The notes beneath the pieces were generated by a model. The model was not told where the DNA came from, did no database searches, and saw only the letters and a list, made by a program, of their open reading frames with translations. A stretch of 63,053 nt of DNA, the filler included, from Stramenopiles sp. TOSAG23-6 (Eukaryota), in the NCBI GenBank assembly GCA_900128565.1. It is 49 parts of 49 records of this genome, joined end to end, with 100 filler letters (N's around TTAATTAATTAA, not from the genome) between each part and the next. Parts side by side here need not be neighbours in the genome. Positions count along the whole stretch, not along the records: positions 62,000 to 63,053 come from LT639849.1; 48 more parts are not named here. One strand, written 5' to 3'. Shown in pieces: positions 62,378-63,053 of the stretch (positions are counted from its first letter, which is position 1; the number at the start of each line of letters is the position of its first letter). Both the position numbers and the translations under genes were made by a program.

Positions 62378-62812
62378 ATGGAAGAACCGAGTACCCACAC
62401 ATGTAGGGTTTCTTTTTTTCACTGTTTGAAACTTTTTCTCCTCGCATATCTCGAATTTTGTATTTATACGTTTTCGATTATGAAATGTTCTTGGTTATAT
62501 TTATATATTTCTGGAAATAGAAAATTGTGGCGGAATATTCAATTAAGACATATAGTTATTGCTTTAGTTGTGTCTTCATTTGGACGTTGTGTTGTATTGC
62601 TGGTCACTGTATGGGAATACCCAAAGACTTTTGTTAGACTTGTCGATTTATTCATTTTATCTTCTAATGTAGCGGCGATTGCAGCAACTTTAAACCAGGA
62701 TAATTTTCTAAAAATTTCAATGATAGTCATACCTGCGTTTACTTGTCGCATCATATTTCGTCTATATACATTACCACTACTATATGATCAAAGCTTATGT
62801 TTGGATAAGTGA
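62378..62812 (+). CDS. ARV1: ARV1 lipid-trafficking protein C-terminus (5' boundary uncertain)
   Basis: ALVVSSFGRCVVLLVTVWEY..LFILSSNVAAI. Confidence 0.65.
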   Translation: MEEPSTHTCRVSFFHCLKLFLLAYLEFCIYTFSIMKCSWLYLYISGNRKLWRNIQLRHIVIALVVSSFGRCVVLLVTVWEYPKTFVRLVDLFILSSNVAAIAATLNQDNFLKISMIVIPAFTCRIIFRLYTLPLLYDQSLCLDK

Positions 62813-63053
62813 TGATTTTTTTTATGAAACAAAAATGTAAAAATTAATAAATGAAAGTTTAAAATTCAGGATGACTATTTTTTACGGAAAAATAAAATTT
62901 AGTTTTAAAGATGTACAACTCAATCTGGAAGACTCCAAACTCCACTATGTATACTAGTATTTCACTAGCTGGCGCTAGGACCAGGATGTTTCCAATGTTT
63001 TTTCATGTTTTTAGTAAGTTTTTTTTGGGCTAAATAATAAGTGCTAAATAAAT

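Overview
This window is not a contiguous locus. It is one 7.3-kb scaffold piece plus about 48 size-sorted ~1.06-kb contigs from an AT-rich eukaryotic (protist-like) assembly, probably single-cell/MDA, joined by artificial N44-TTAATTAATTAA-N44 spacers. The contigs carry fragments of ordinary nuclear genes (PCCA, dynein IC, ALKBH1, CDC7, TRMT2A, UPF2, RPA1, FANCD2, PI3K, GALK2, USP, RARS1, RTEL1, ARV1 and others). The striking signal is one ~90-120 nt repeat family, about 30 complete and 20 or more truncated copies by manual count. Its consensus is (AT)|GTATGTTTT..TTCGAA..TTTCGTACGAAATTTTGTACCTAAC..TTGAAATATTTTTCCAAAATACAT|. It interrupts conserved exons almost always in sense orientation and must be removed to restore conserved proteins. 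It has a canonical donor (GTATGT) and branch point (CCTAAC), but about 20 complete copies end in AT rather than AG; rarer ends are TT and GT. Short terminal inverted repeats and a usually duplicated AT point to a MITE-derived introner family producing non-canonical GT-AT introns, alongside normal GT-AG introns in the same assembly. Splicing is inferred from reading frames and homology only and needs RNA-seq confirmation.
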